From: Podarcis filfolensis
Taxonomy: Eukaryota
Direction: 5' to 3' (one strand)
Assembly: GCA_964270895.1 (NCBI GenBank)
Contig: OZ185437.1
Length of the DNA: 64,000 nucleotides
In this document: one piece after another, positions 12,241 to 25,054 of the stretch
Layout: every line of letters starts with the position of its first letter
Position numbering within the stretch: position 1 is the stretch's first letter
Made by a program: the position numbers and the translations under genes
The notes under the pieces: model-generated
Told to the model about the DNA's origin: nothing
Databases searched by the model: none
The model's input: only the letters and a program-made list of their open reading frames with translations

Positions 12241-13734
12241 ATGCCCATCGTTCTGAGTGAAGGGGATGGGCTTGCAAGCTTCTTCTTTTACTCTACATAT
12301 CAGTGCACATTGACTCTTCCCCTCATCCTCCAGAGTTCATATTAATAAAGTCTAAAATCATTCCTCCTTGCAATATCCCAAATTGTTATGTTGCCCATAT
12401 AATTCAATAGGAGCCATTAGAAACTGAACCAGCTCTCAGTACATTCTATATCCCTGTCCTGGATTCTGTTACTTGACTTTTAAGTTAGTGTGCTTTCCAA
12501 ATAAGTGTGTTTGTTATCTGTTGACTAAACTGTCAGATTCCTGTTTTCTGACATGAAAGATTGGCATTTCCAGTCTCTCTTCTGCACTCAGCTTTGGAAA
12601 AATGAGACACAGTTAGGAAGTATCTAAGCAACAGATGGACATCAGGATGCTGAATTTCACGTGTCCTGATCAGTACCTATTTTCATTTTCATTCCATTAG
12701 TATTTGTTTTGTGTAGCCAGTGTTGCAGCTTCTGTGAGTGAATATTGTTGCAGCCTGTATCAGATTCACTGCTTACTGGCTAGCTTGGGTGGCTAGTGAA
12801 TCACTTGAAAGCTTTCTAGCAGTCAACTTCATCCTGTAACCATACTTTGTTTTCTCCTACCAGGAGGATACCCAGAGTTGTTGATCACATTGTTAATGTG
12901 ACTTGGGGAAGCAAGGAACTGACCTTTAATCTTTTAACTGAGAAGTGGGATCATAAACATACAGTGCAGAGGTGGCAAACAAACTGTTCAGTGAGAGAAG
13001 CAGAAAACAATAATTAAGATTACTTAGCTCTTTATGCCTGTCAGATGCTAATCGGTACATTGCATAAACAGAAAAACAGAAAAGCAATAGATTAATGGTA
13101 GAAGCATGCATTATAGAATCATGTGTTACATGCAACAACAACAACAGAATGCTATATCACCAACTCAAACTCAGAAAAAACCTTTTATTTCATACATCCT
13201 TAAAATATGCCATTTATTCCAATTTTGTACAGGGGATAGTTGAATATAATCAAATAAATAATAATATAATCAAATAAGCTGTGGCTATCTGTTAAAGACC
13301 AACCAAGCAATAAGCCCAAAGGAGTTTAATGAATTACAAGAGTGCATTTCTGAAATTTGAATGCACGCAGAGTACTAATTTTAGATGTGCTTGTTACTGA
13401 TGTGTTGAAAAACAAAACAAAAATGCAATGAATGCAATTCCTGAAAAATTATTCTTATTTTAATTTTATTTATTTAATATATTTTTATCCTGCCTCTCAA
13501 AAAAATAGCTTCACTAAGTGGCAGTCATGTAACTTGAAACTCACAGTAACCTTTAAATGGGTTTTTAAGTACTGTATTGTCACTTCACAGTACACAGGGT
13601 TTATATGTTTACAAGTACACAAAGCAATAAGCCAATCAGTGCAATAATAAAACACAATATAATTGAAATACTCAGGAGGTATTGAGATAAGCAGCAAATA
13701 ACAAGTGTATACTTTAAGGCCCGTGTAAAAATTA

Positions 13735-14245
13735 TTATTTTTATTTATTAAATTTGTATACAGCCCTTCATCCAGATATCTCAGGGCAGTTCACAGCATA
13801 AAAATACAGAATAAAACCACAAAATACAAAGTAAAAACAAGGGGAAAATGAAACAAACCGGGCGCCCGGTGAGCCTCCCTAGGGAGAGCATTCCACAAAA
13901 GAGGAACCACTGCAGAAAAGGCCGGTTCTTGGGCTGCCCCCCTCCTGACCTCTTGAGGCGGTAGCACATAAAGAAGAGCCTCAGATGATGCTCACAGGGT
14001 CCAGGTCAGTTCATATGGGGAGAGGCAATCCTTGAGGCATTGCAGTCCTGAGCCATTTAAGGCACTTTGAACTGGGAAGCTAATTAGAACAACCCACCGG
14101 AGTCGGGCCAGGAATGGTGTAATATGATCAAACCATCATGCACCAGTGAGCAGTCTGGCCACCAAATTCTGCACCAGCTGAAGTTTCTGAGCCATCTTCA
14201 GAGGCAGCCTTCTTCAGGGGTAGCATATTGCAGTAATCTAAACTT
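13735..14245 (-). mobile_element. Degenerate L2-clade LINE 3' fragment, antisense
   Basis: Reverse complement shares motifs and the 3' end (ctgagat..ggatgaaggg..aaatttaataaa) with the 41030-41580 copy. Confidence 0.7.
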
Positions 14246-14823
14246 GTGGGGATTGTTAGTGTCTGAATCATTCCAGCCCTCAGAAAGGGTGGTCCTGGGG
14301 ATAAATTTAGTGCCTATTCTTTTTCTACCCAATGTGTTTCAGAAAAGTCCTTGAAAGTGAAAGAATCTTGACATGTAGTAAAGAGAGAGGGAGAACTGGG
14401 AGATGCAAAAATCCATGCTGATAGTAAATAATATCTAGTAAATAATAGTAAATAGCATCTAGTCTCTGGCTGCATTGCTTAGCTGTCTGCATCCATGGGG
14501 ACTGTTAACATTGAAGACATTACACTAGGGTGTGTGATAGGTTTCAAATTCCTAAGAAAATATCAGAATTTAGGAGAAAACCTTGCATATTTGGCTACTT
14601 ACTGCCACATACAAATTAGCGTTTTGCAGTTGCTGCTGACGGCATTCTGTGTGGTTCCATCCACAGTGCTTATTTATAGAAATTAAGCTCTGCAGTCTTG
14701 CCTACTTGCCGTCTAGATAACCTGGAGACCAAGGCATTGTTTGACCATTGCTTGGACTGTAGTTTGATAACCTTGGTATTTCCACTGTAAATGATTTTGC
14801 TTCTTTCCTGTTTCTCTTTGCAG

Positions 14824-14941
14824 AACCTTCGACCTCAGGAAAGTCGGACCATGTTTAGCGGTTCTGTCAGTATTCCATCAATCACAAAATCCCGCACTGA
14901 ACCCGGACGCTCCATGAGTGCTAGCAGTGGTTTGGCGGCAA
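14824..14941 (+). CDS. CDC42BPA: CDC42BPA coding exon (NLRPQESRTMFSGSVSIPSITKSRTEPGRSMSASSGLAA)
   Basis: Acceptor tctctttgcag, donor GTAAGT at 14942; 118 nt, phase 0 to 1. Confidence 0.95.
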
Positions 14942-15766
14942 GTAAGTTGCTGCACCTTATCTCGGACATATAATGCAGAGTCCGTCCACATATATACAAG
15001 TGACTGGACTGGGGAGGGAGGGCAAAGAAACATGGTGTCACAAGTGACTTTTGAAACTCTCCGGTGCTGGCATGGTCCCCTGCTTGTGTTGGTAAGGTAC
15101 CCCACACCAACACAGATCTGGCACATGTCCAATACCAGAAAAAAAAATTGGGAATATTGTTTGTTTCAAATACTTTGACTCCTGCCTTCCAATCATAGAC
15201 TTCAAGGCACCTTACAACTGGTTTTTTCTCATAAAACAATATTAACATCTAGCAGAACACAGCCGATAAGACTCTCATTAAAAACTGACATTCCAACAAT
15301 ATAACAAGAGTAGCAGTAAAATAAAAGTAACTGAAGACCACTGAATACCCAAGTAATTAGAATAGTTTTTATTTGTTACATAGTATGTAGGAAGGAAATG
15401 AGAGGAAATTCTTATTTGCAGAAATGAAGTTTGTTAAAGATGCAAAACGCCTATTATGTTGAGATCCTTGGTGGGGATTAATTTGAAGAAATACAAATAA
15501 AACACTACTAAAACAATATCAACCAAGAGACTGTGAAGTCAAATTACACATTTAGTATAATTGGTGGTTTGGCCCAGTGTAAAACCAGATTGGTGCTGGG
15601 GTGTGTGTTTCAATGAATAATTGTTAAATAATTTACAGAGGATGCAGCTGGGAAACGGAAGAAGGCAGTTCAACAAAAATTAGCTTCAGGAAAACAATTT
15701 ACTAGAGCGTACAGCTATAATGCCTTCATATTTGTTACGTAGCTAAATCCCTGGGTACTTTCCTAG

Positions 15767-15924
15767 GATCATCTGCACAAAATGGCAGTGCTTTGCGGAG
15801 GGAATTCTCTGGAGGTAGCTATGGAGCAAAGCGTCAGCCAATGGCATCCCCTTCGGATGGCTCCTTGTCCTCTGGCGGTTTGGACCAAGGCAGTGATGCA
15901 CCAGCGAGGGACTATGAGCGAGAG
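15767..15924 (+). CDS. CDC42BPA: CDC42BPA penultimate coding exon (RSSAQNGSALRREFSGGSYGAKRQPMASPSDGSLSSGGLDQGSDAPARDYERE)
   Basis: Acceptor actttcctag, donor GTGGGT at 15925; 158 nt, phase 1 to 0. Confidence 0.93.
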
Positions 15925-17551
15925 GTGGGTATGACGTGGGAGGGGTGGGGTGGCAAGGGAAGCCTCTCCACAGAGCCCAAGTTCTTTACTCTGCTGTGCT
16001 CAAACAAAAGGATAGAGAAGTGTTGCACAGGACAGTGACCCCAGGAAGAATAACCACAGGTTTTACTGAAGGAAAAAGTATTTTCCTATTTAAAATATGA
16101 TAAAAATCCCCAAGGCAGGAGTCTGTATGACTTGAAACACTGTGGATTTAGATAATAAACTTTTTAGCAGCACTTGTAGATTTTTCTTCCTTTGGCACAA
16201 TAAGTGCTAGTGGTGCATCAAAGCGAATTACTACTGCCTCTAATAAGTAACCAAGCAGGGCATGAATCTAGGCAAAATGAAGTTTTTAGTCTCACTGATT
16301 TCACTGGAAATATTTTAACATGTGCTTCACTTTCCCACTGAAATCAATTTGACTTTTGTCCATATTCTGTTATACTAGTTTTGCAATAAGGAAATCTATA
16401 TTCTGAATTTTTACTGAATGTTGGTTCACATTAGTTTGTAGAATTTGACAGGGGCAGGAAGTAACTGGCCATAAAGGCAGCTGGTTGACGAAGGAGGAAT
16501 ACTGGCACTGTCCTGCCCAGTCCACAAGCAGCTTTGTTATCCTTAAGGTCAGTTGATGCAGTCAAGGATGCATTCACACAGCAGAGTTCTCTATGAATCA
16601 AGCTTCCTGTGAATACAGCCACTCCTTCTCAGCAGTGGCCGCTTTGATTGTGACAGACACTGCTGTCCTTGGCAGCAGTTTGCACAATGAAAGCGATGTT
16701 TTCATTAAGGTATTTTTTGCAGCATGTTTTGCAAAAGATCTACAGTAATCCATATGAGTTGTTCATGTCAGAACAAATAACACAGAGTGATACCCTTTGT
16801 ACAAAACCGCTGCCAAATCTCCTGCAAGTCATGAAACAAGAGAAAAAAACAAACGGAAGGGGGAAAACATTTAAACCAATTAGAAGCAACAAGAATATTA
16901 ATCACCTTTCCAAGTTCATCCAACATTTGCATTAATATCTGGCAGGTGTCTGTCTGGTATTGTGCTAATGATCTATGTGCAAATGCATCTTTGGGAGCAT
17001 TGCTTGCATGGAGGCAAAATGTGAATCAGCCCTGAATCAATGGAGGCCAGTTCATTTGAGCAGATGGGGCGCTGCCCCACCAATCTCAGTCTCAGCTAGC
17101 CCACACTTCCCTGTCTTCTTCCTTACAAGGAGTCCAGGTGGTGGCACTGCCTACTAACTTTCCTCCTCCTTGTACAACTCCACAAGGGAGGATGGGGACA
17201 AAACTGGAGTCTGGCTGCACCTCCTGTTGGTCTCTCTCCCGTATGCCCTACCAACCCCAAGTGGACACTGGCCAGCTCTGCCCTCAGTGGTGCACTTCAA
17301 GAAAATAACTTCTGGTGTTTTGTTCCCTCCCAGCCACTGTACTTGGGAGGCAATATGAGATGCATCCTCTTGAGAAGTTAGAGCAGTTGGTATCACTCCC
17401 TCGTGTGCTAAGGCGTGGGGTGTCGGGACAGGGCAGTCACTTGGTTCCAGACAGATCTTGTCCTCGGTGTCCCTTTCCCCTTGCTCCCACCCAGGCCTTC
17501 CTCTTCTGCTCCCGCTCACTGATATGTTCTCTTGCATTTTTTGGGCTGCAG

Positions 17552-17683
17552 GACTCTGACTCTCCAAGGCATTCGACAGCTTCTAACAGCTCCAACCTGA
17601 GCAGTCCTCCCAGCCCCATCTCTCCTCACAAGACCAAGAGCCTCTCCCTGGAGAGCTCTGACCACGCAAGCTGGGACACATGA
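17552..17683 (+). CDS. CDC42BPA: CDC42BPA last coding exon (DSDSPRHSTASNSSNLSSPPSPISPHKTKSLSLESSDHASWDT*)
   Basis: Acceptor ttttttgggctgcag ends at 17551; 132 nt ending in TGA 17681-17683; matches recalled MRCK-alpha C-terminus. Confidence 0.95.
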   Translation, partial: DSDSPRHSTASNSSNLSSPPSPISPHKTKSLSLESSDHASWDT

Positions 17684-20600
17684 ACTGCTTCAGCACTCAG
17701 ATTTTACATCTCAGCAGCTTACTGTCCCCATGACTCTCCGTTTGCTCTCACTGTCATCGCCCCCCAGCTTCCCTCCAAAAGCAGACTAGGGGAGGGAGGG
17801 GAGGAAGAGAGCATATCTTGTCTTCTCTGACACAAGCAGCGTAAGCTCCCCCCGATTCAAAAGTAGCAGCAAACAAGAGAAAACCTTGAGGAGGGCAGAG
17901 TGGGGGAGGGGTTGGTATACAAGAGATATTGGTATATTTGTATTAGTATCTATTTTATTTCATAGGGTTACAGCTGTTTCCATTTTTATGGGTATATTCC
18001 ACACCATGCCACTGTTCCAAACAAAACATAGTAGTGTTAGACTGACCAAAACAGAATCTGAAAGAGAGAACCAGATTTTGCTTTGAGGCACACAGTATCT
18101 CATTGTATTTTTTCAAGAGTTAGCACAGCAACACCCACCCATCTCTGGTGATGGGGCAAAATTTGCCCTGCAGGGGCAGATAACGCACGCTTTCAGCAAC
18201 CACTCTATTTGAATGTCAATCTGATTGTTGCCAGCAAATCCTTATTGATTTAAAAAGAAATGATGCATATTTTACTACAGTAGAGTTTAAGTAAATACGC
18301 AAAATTAAGAGTTAGTACATATGTATATAATAAAAGAAGAAGCATTGTGATGCAGCGAAAGATGGATTCCTATTTAAGAGATCCTTTAATTTAAGAAGAC
18401 TTGTGTTGTTCCCTTTTTCATACTAAATAATCTATGGATTGAGGATGTGATCTGGATATAGAACATGGCACTGGATAAAAACAGCCTGGGGGGAGATTCC
18501 ATCCTCACAATGTTCTCTGTAACATTACCTTCTTGTCAGTAGATGAACTAAAGCCATAATTCTCACTTTTTAACTATATCTCCCTCTTCTACTGTCTGCT
18601 TCACTGTACAAGCAAAACTCAAGATCTGCTGGTCGACAAGCCTGAAGTGAGCTCAAGGGCAGTTCTGCAGAGAATTGGTATTCAGCCCCAAGCAAAACTG
18701 AAGTAAATGCAGCCAAAGCCAGTGCAAAGAGATAACTAGTTTTGGGACGGTTGGAGCTGGGTTTCCAAACCCATCTGGCCAATTAATACCAGCAACCACT
18801 AGCTTGTAAGTTGACTTTCCAAATTTTAGTGATCAGCCTACATCTGGCAAATTCAAACAGCGCTGGTCTTGAAATAGAATCTTTTAAATATATAACTTGC
18901 TGCTCTAGCTCACTGAAGGCCATAACGTGCTGTTGGTCTTCAGAATTTGCTAGAACGCCGGGTGGTTCAGGACGCCTATTCCGAAGATGTTTATTATGTC
19001 ATCCCTGCTCTCCCACCGGGCCTGACCTAGTGTGTTTAGTGCTATTATTGCCGTGAAATACTGTGACGGTTGGATCCCACAGAGAAGCACTTGGCAGGGC
19101 AAAGCATTCCTCTCTGGAGAGAGCAGACAGTGGAGGTCCATCACCACCTAAATAAACAGTAGCAAGCAGTGCAACCTGCAAATGGAGGGCAAGAACAAAA
19201 CAATAGAAAAAGCCCACTTGCCTCCTCCTTTTCCTTCTTGAACAAGTTGAGTGCGGTTTGCGATTTGAGACTAGATGAATGTGATTTTTCTAATCCTTGG
19301 GATCATAACTACCTTTATGACGTGACCAAGCTCAAGCGGATAAGAGTTTGGATGGTGGTGTGTGTTGAATTTAGAATTCTAGTCTTCTGGGTTTTGGTAA
19401 CACTTCATGGCTATCATCAAACCATTCCAACCAAACAACAAAAGTGCAACTAATGGTGTTTCCCAGGTTCCCTCTGAAAAATGTCAGCTACCACCATACA
19501 AGGTACTGATTTAGAAGTACTCTGAGATACAGAGCGTTGTCTTTCATGATCTAGCTGTATTAAGTCTGCTAGTTGTTGGTTCTGTGTCTTCTTCTGCATT
19601 AAGTGGACTGCCACACCCCAAGCTACCATTTAGCTATTTTATACTGGGGGGAACAGTTGTGGGTGGGGGGGACACACAGCTTTTTTCTACTGCATATGGT
19701 GTCCTAATCCTGTCTGTGGAATTTGGCTTGTCAAGAATCTCCAAGTTGATGATGTGTGTTTTGTTGTCACAGGTATAAACAAGAGATTTGCAAATTGCAT
19801 TTCATAGCGGCCAGTTTTGACAGTTTTGCTGAGCAGGAAATTAGCATGTCTAAGAGCACAAGGACAGGTGTAGTTTAAAATCCATTGACTACTTCTTCAG
19901 CATTGGCTACTAAAAGGTTCTACTTCTCTTCCACCCTGTGATATTATCACTCATGCCCACCCACCGTTCTATACACTTGTGAAGAGATTGGACTTAGTTA
20001 TTTCTGAAATACAACTAGTGGGAAATAGGTTATCTGATTAAGGCTGCCAGGGCTTGAAATCCACAGTAGGCCCAAGCGATTATCCACTTCAGGAGTTACC
20101 TTAGACGTCCTTGCAAGGTCCTGTGGCAATTGATCTGTGCTCCATCTGAGAAAGAAAATTCTCACCTGTCTAGAATGAGAAGAAATTAGCATCCCAAGAG
20201 TTACATTTTATACGTTGGCCCATTTCACAAATTAAAAGTATTCTTCTTTTCATGCTGACCTAGGATGCATTCCTAGTACATTATGGACACATTTGAGCAT
20301 TGGCAGAATTGAAAACATATCTCTGAAATGGTTGGCTGGTGAAGTTAAGCTTTGCTGATAGGCATTGCTCAGTTTCCAGGCACACCTGATTACATTTCTC
20401 CAAGCACTTTCATAGTCTCTAGTTGAATCCTGACTCATCTGATGACACCTTTGTGTACATAGTTTGAGGCTATTATTTCCCTAACTGGACTAATTCAGAC
20501 ACCTCAGTCATTGCCTCTTTACACTTTTAGCCCATTTCTTGAGGCTCAATAAATCAGGTGTTGATTGTAAACGAACCTCAGATTGTACAGCTCCGTTATT

Positions 20601-21995
20601 TTTTCTATATTAAACACACACAGCCTATACATATCATTACTTTTTTCTTTTCAAAACACATTCCTGTCATAATATCCATTTTTATACTGCTGAAGCAGTC
20701 TCATTCGCTGGCTTCTTAAAAGTTGATTTGTGTGTTGTTTCGTGTTCCTAACCTGATTTTTTTTTTTTTTTTAGAACAGTTTTGGTTTTGCGCGGGGAGG
20801 GGGGGAAATACAGTTGATATTTGTGTTACTCTCTCAGGTATTTGAACGCAGCAGGATGTCTTCACACGATAAGCATGGAATGCAATAATGTATTTTGGGC
20901 ATGAGGTTCACCAGAGGATGTACCCTGAGCACAACTAAGTTTTTGTACTGAAATGATGCAAACCTGGGTAGGTGATTGGATTCAGGGTGGCAGTTTTAAG
21001 GTCTCGACTGTGAGAAAATTATCTGTGTCTTTTTTTAGCCAGTGCGCAGTAAGCAGGGCCTCAAATTCTTTTTCCCACCTGCAAAGTCATAAAGAAATTG
21101 GGAATCTGAAATCAGGCTTGTTGGGATTTTCTTAGCCTTACACCGTTTCACCACAGGTGTGAAAGTTACCTCTCTCCAACCTACGTTCCATATACAGGTG
21201 CCCTGTTTGGAGACCATAGGAAGTGCATATGCCTCAGGGTGAATGTCACTGAGAGGCTCATGACAAAAGTTTAGCCCAGTGCAATAAGGCTTTGTGCCTA
21301 GAGGCTAATAAGGGCACAAGCCTGTTTCATTCCAAAATCACAGTCATCAGGCTTTTCCTGGAATAGGGTTCTGAGCTTCTAACTAGTCTACAAGGGGCCT
21401 TCAGAGATCAAATATGCTGTAGATTTTCAACTTCTATGACCATGTTGTGCATTAAGGCAATTCCACATGACTTGTCACCTTGTCTTCTTCATTCTATAAA
21501 TGCTCCCATCCTACATAAGAATTTTTTTCACTCATGAGGAAGCAATCCACAACCAAAAACAGTGTTGGTATTTCACAGTAATTATACCTGCCTTTTTATG
21601 TATAATGGTTTCATATCATTTATTTTTTAAAAATATATTTTTAGGGTTTTTTTTTCATTGTAATATTATTGTACAGTTTTGCATGGCCTAGATGTAATCA
21701 CTTTTTTGTTTTGTTTTAGAGTATAAAAGCTGACAAGTGTGCGTGTGGGGGAAAGATTTCTGCTTTTTGCCTCTTCTCACTCTTCTCTTATTTTTGATTT
21801 ATGCCCTCAATGTTGTAGAGGACATTGTAAGAGATTCTCTGCTCCAGAACAATGATGTAGAGTCTATTGCACAGAAATATTTAAGGTGGATCAGTCAATG
21901 ATGTAATAAATGACAGGTCACCAATATTTTATGTTGGTAACACTTAATATTAACCTACTTTGATGTATTGCAATAAAACAGGGAACTATTAGAAA
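17684..21995 (+). other. CDC42BPA: Probable long 3'UTR of CDC42BPA
   Basis: AT-rich and free of recognisable transposons downstream of the stop. AATAAA at 18329, 20548, 21905 and 21972. The end point is inferred, not observed. Confidence 0.55.
21972..21977 (+). terminator. Candidate distal polyadenylation signal of CDC42BPA (AATAAA; second copy at 21905-21910)
   Basis: Two AATAAA hexamers 67 nt apart, followed by GT/T-rich sequence (ggtttgtctttttt ~22002-22016). Confidence 0.5.
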
Positions 21996-23829
21996 TACAG
22001 ATGGTTTGTCTTTTTTCCTACCCCACCAGACTCTTATGAGGCAACCGGGGCTACAGGGGATATGATGGGGTAGTCACATAATTTCAGCAATTGAAAGTTT
22101 TGTTCCTTTCAGCAGGTAGTTTCCTTTGGGATTTCTTTCCCTGCATCTAGCTGCTTCAAGCCATGAGCCATCACACCCATCAACAATGATACAGCTATGG
22201 GGAGGCCTAAGCTAGGAGATGCAGAAGGAATACACTGGGTTTGGGGAAAACTCAGACCTTGAAGGCGATTAGGAGGACCGCATTCTACAAACCAGGCCCC
22301 CAACCATTAGAGAGGAAGGGCAGCAGAAATGAATTAAAATAAAAAGCAGGTTGTGGTAAGTAGCTTTCAAATGCACAAGACAGAACTCCTCTTGAACAGA
22401 AAACTGAGCTTTTCATTAAGAACCTTCTGCCACATGACTTCCTGTTCAGAAGCTTCGTGGTTTTTCTGATTCCAGAGTCACAGAGAAAGGATGCAGTGTT
22501 TGCTTTTCAGAATGCTCCACCCCTACAGCCACAGCTACTGGTTGGGAAGGGTACATCACATCCCACACTTGGTTGTGCAAAAAGGTCTGTGAGTGGCGCA
22601 CATAATGGTCCTCATGTGATAGTCACGACATGAAGGGTCCGATTTTATTCAGCACAAAATCAGGCACACTTCACAGTGAAGTCCATTGATTGGATGCAAT
22701 CAGTGGATTTAACCACACATAGCTTTGTGTGGTTATTCCTTTAGACTTCCTTCTCTTCCATCCTCAGCGGAGAAAAATTCCTTGTTAATGTTGCCTAGTT
22801 CCAAAGATAACAACACGGAGTCGTTTCACACTGAAGTTTTTGTGGTCTTTCCTTTTTGGCTGATTTCTGATGTGTTTTCCCCAGGAAACTCCTTTTTACA
22901 AAAGAAACAGCAGCAGCACAGCTAATGCGTGGTTGGCAATACCTCTATAATAGCACTTCTACAACCTCTTATTTTTTCATTTGCCCTTGACATTAGCTGG
23001 GTTAAGACAGAATCCAACTTCCTGAAAAAAGCAATTCCCAGATGGCAGATGCCTTGATCAGAAAGTCTTTCCATGCAAATTACTTTTTTATAATAGCTCA
23101 GTGTGGAAACCCTTCTGGAACTGGATTTGAGGTAGAGGTTTTAGTGGATTTTTTCCTGCCCTGCTTTTGAGGCAGTTATAAAGCTTACAGCCTTCAGGGA
23201 TTTTAAAAAATGATTTTAACATCTTTGCAGTTTAGTGAGAACTCCCTCCGACTTCCCTACAAAGAGGATTAGGTGAACATAAAGATAGGGCTGCTCAGAC
23301 ACAGGAAGCAGTCTACTTTCCAATACAGGAATGAAATCCTTCAACTGACCTTTTGTGTAAACTGGGTTTAATAGGTATCCTTTCCGTGACGATTTTTGCT
23401 TATCCATAGCTGCTGTTTTACATCTGCTCAATCAGGCTCTCAACTGGTATCCAATGTGTTTGGCGCAACAAGTCCCCTTGTCAGCTTTTTATACTTTTTA
23501 TCAGTGCTTTAACCATCTCTTCATATTTCACCTTCGCCACCCCCCTCCAAATTACATACTTTAAAACGTTGGGGTTTTTTGGAGAATCAAAGTGTAAAAA
23601 GCATTTTCTAGTTTGAATATGTCAAATGACAAATGGTTTACATGCCAGATCAGCCAACATTTTAACTGTAATTAAATATAGAAGCTTAAAAGGATACAAA
23701 TTTCAGTTATTCTTCTCATAAAGTCAAATTTTAAATGAAGTTAACAGAGCACAACTGTGAAGAGCAGCCCAGAGGAAAAAGTAAGTTCGCTACAGTCCTC
23801 TATATGCATGCAAGGGGGTTGGGTATTTA

Positions 23830-24045
23830 AGCCCTGCCTGCCAAGGTGGCACAACTCCCACCATCGCCATGCATGCAGAGACCTAACTCCTGCTCTGTGA
23901 GGCTTTCTGTGCAGTTGAAAACCCTAATTGCAGAGGGTTATAAATCACCCAAGGTGGCACCACCTGTAGAGCAGGCTCCTGGCCTCAAGCAATGCACCAA
24001 CATGGCAACAGTAGGAGGAGTTGTGCAGCTCTGGCAGGCAGGGCT
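23830..24045. mobile_element. Degenerate fold-back element (MITE-like), intergenic
   Basis: agccctgcctgcca..gcacaactcc on the left, inverted ggagttgtgc..tggcaggcagggct on the right; no clear TSD. Confidence 0.55.
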
Positions 24046-25054
24046 CTAAACAGGTCCATCACACAAGTAACTCCTAAAGGGGGCTTGCATCTCAAATGTG
24101 AAGCTTATAAACAAAGAGCAGCACTAGGAACTAATCGAACAATAGGGGCAAGTAAGTAACTTCCTGCATTCTTGCCATCATCTAACTAGCATTCCTACAT
24201 GCAGCATGTCAAATAAGCGGGCGCTCATCATGCAAAAAGGTAAGAGAAGCTGTATTATGAACCACTTGCATGGAACAGTGTGCCACACAATTTGGGCCGA
24301 TTCATAAAATCTTAACAACAACTCCTCTTTTGTAATGGTTTGCATTTGGATGGTTAATAACCTCCCAAAAACACAGGTGATAGTTGTCCACACACCTGAC
24401 TTGCTAAATGTCTCGTTATTCAAATGAATAGGGCCAAATGGTGCCAGGCCTCGAGCCGTGTTACTATGAAGTTCCTAAAATCTGAATGGTCCAAGGAAAT
24501 TTTGCCCTTGCTTGTGTAAACTGGAATTCAGGGTCAAACACAGAGATTGATTCAACATACTTCTTCATGCAACACATAATTTACGAAATGCATCTCCCCA
24601 AGATTTGAATGAAATAATGGAGGATAAGCAGCCATGACTGCTAAAATGGACCGTTACATTCAGAGGCATTCCCTGAATACCATGGGCTGAGCATAAGCCA
24701 ACAAGGAAGGATTTATAAATTCTTATGGCACAACTGCATGACATTCCCATAATTTACCAGTCCAATACAATCTGCTGCAACTTGTCTCTAATCATCATCT
24801 TCACCACTGCACTTCCACCATGGGTGGAGATGGAAGATCTCTTTTGAGTTATAGGATAACTTCTATTGTCTGCCCAGCCAGATACTGCTTCCCTGCTTTA
24901 AAGGTGAAAACTAAAATTGTCAGCAGAATATAGTGCTTATGAAACAAAGTACTTAAGAGGCATTATTACTGGAACAGAATCAGAGTAAGCAGAAGCGAAA
25001 AAGTACCCATACACTTGCTGCTGCTTCCAGGTTAGTAAACAACAGCCAAGCCAC

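Noticed and set aside
11475-14245. Inverted pair of L2 fragments in one intron as a dsRNA/ADAR substrate or exon-looping device
   Set aside because: By eye the copies belong to different subfamilies with modest identity, and they do not bracket the cassette exon.
17154-17683. ORFs of 137 aa (-) and 122 aa (+) around the last CDC42BPA exon
   Set aside because: Only 17552-17683 on + is exonic; the rest is intron read-through or antisense shadow.
17789-17804. G-rich run in the proximal CDC42BPA 3'UTR as an RNA G-quadruplex
   Set aside because: Only three G3+ runs plus a GG; not a canonical three-tier motif.
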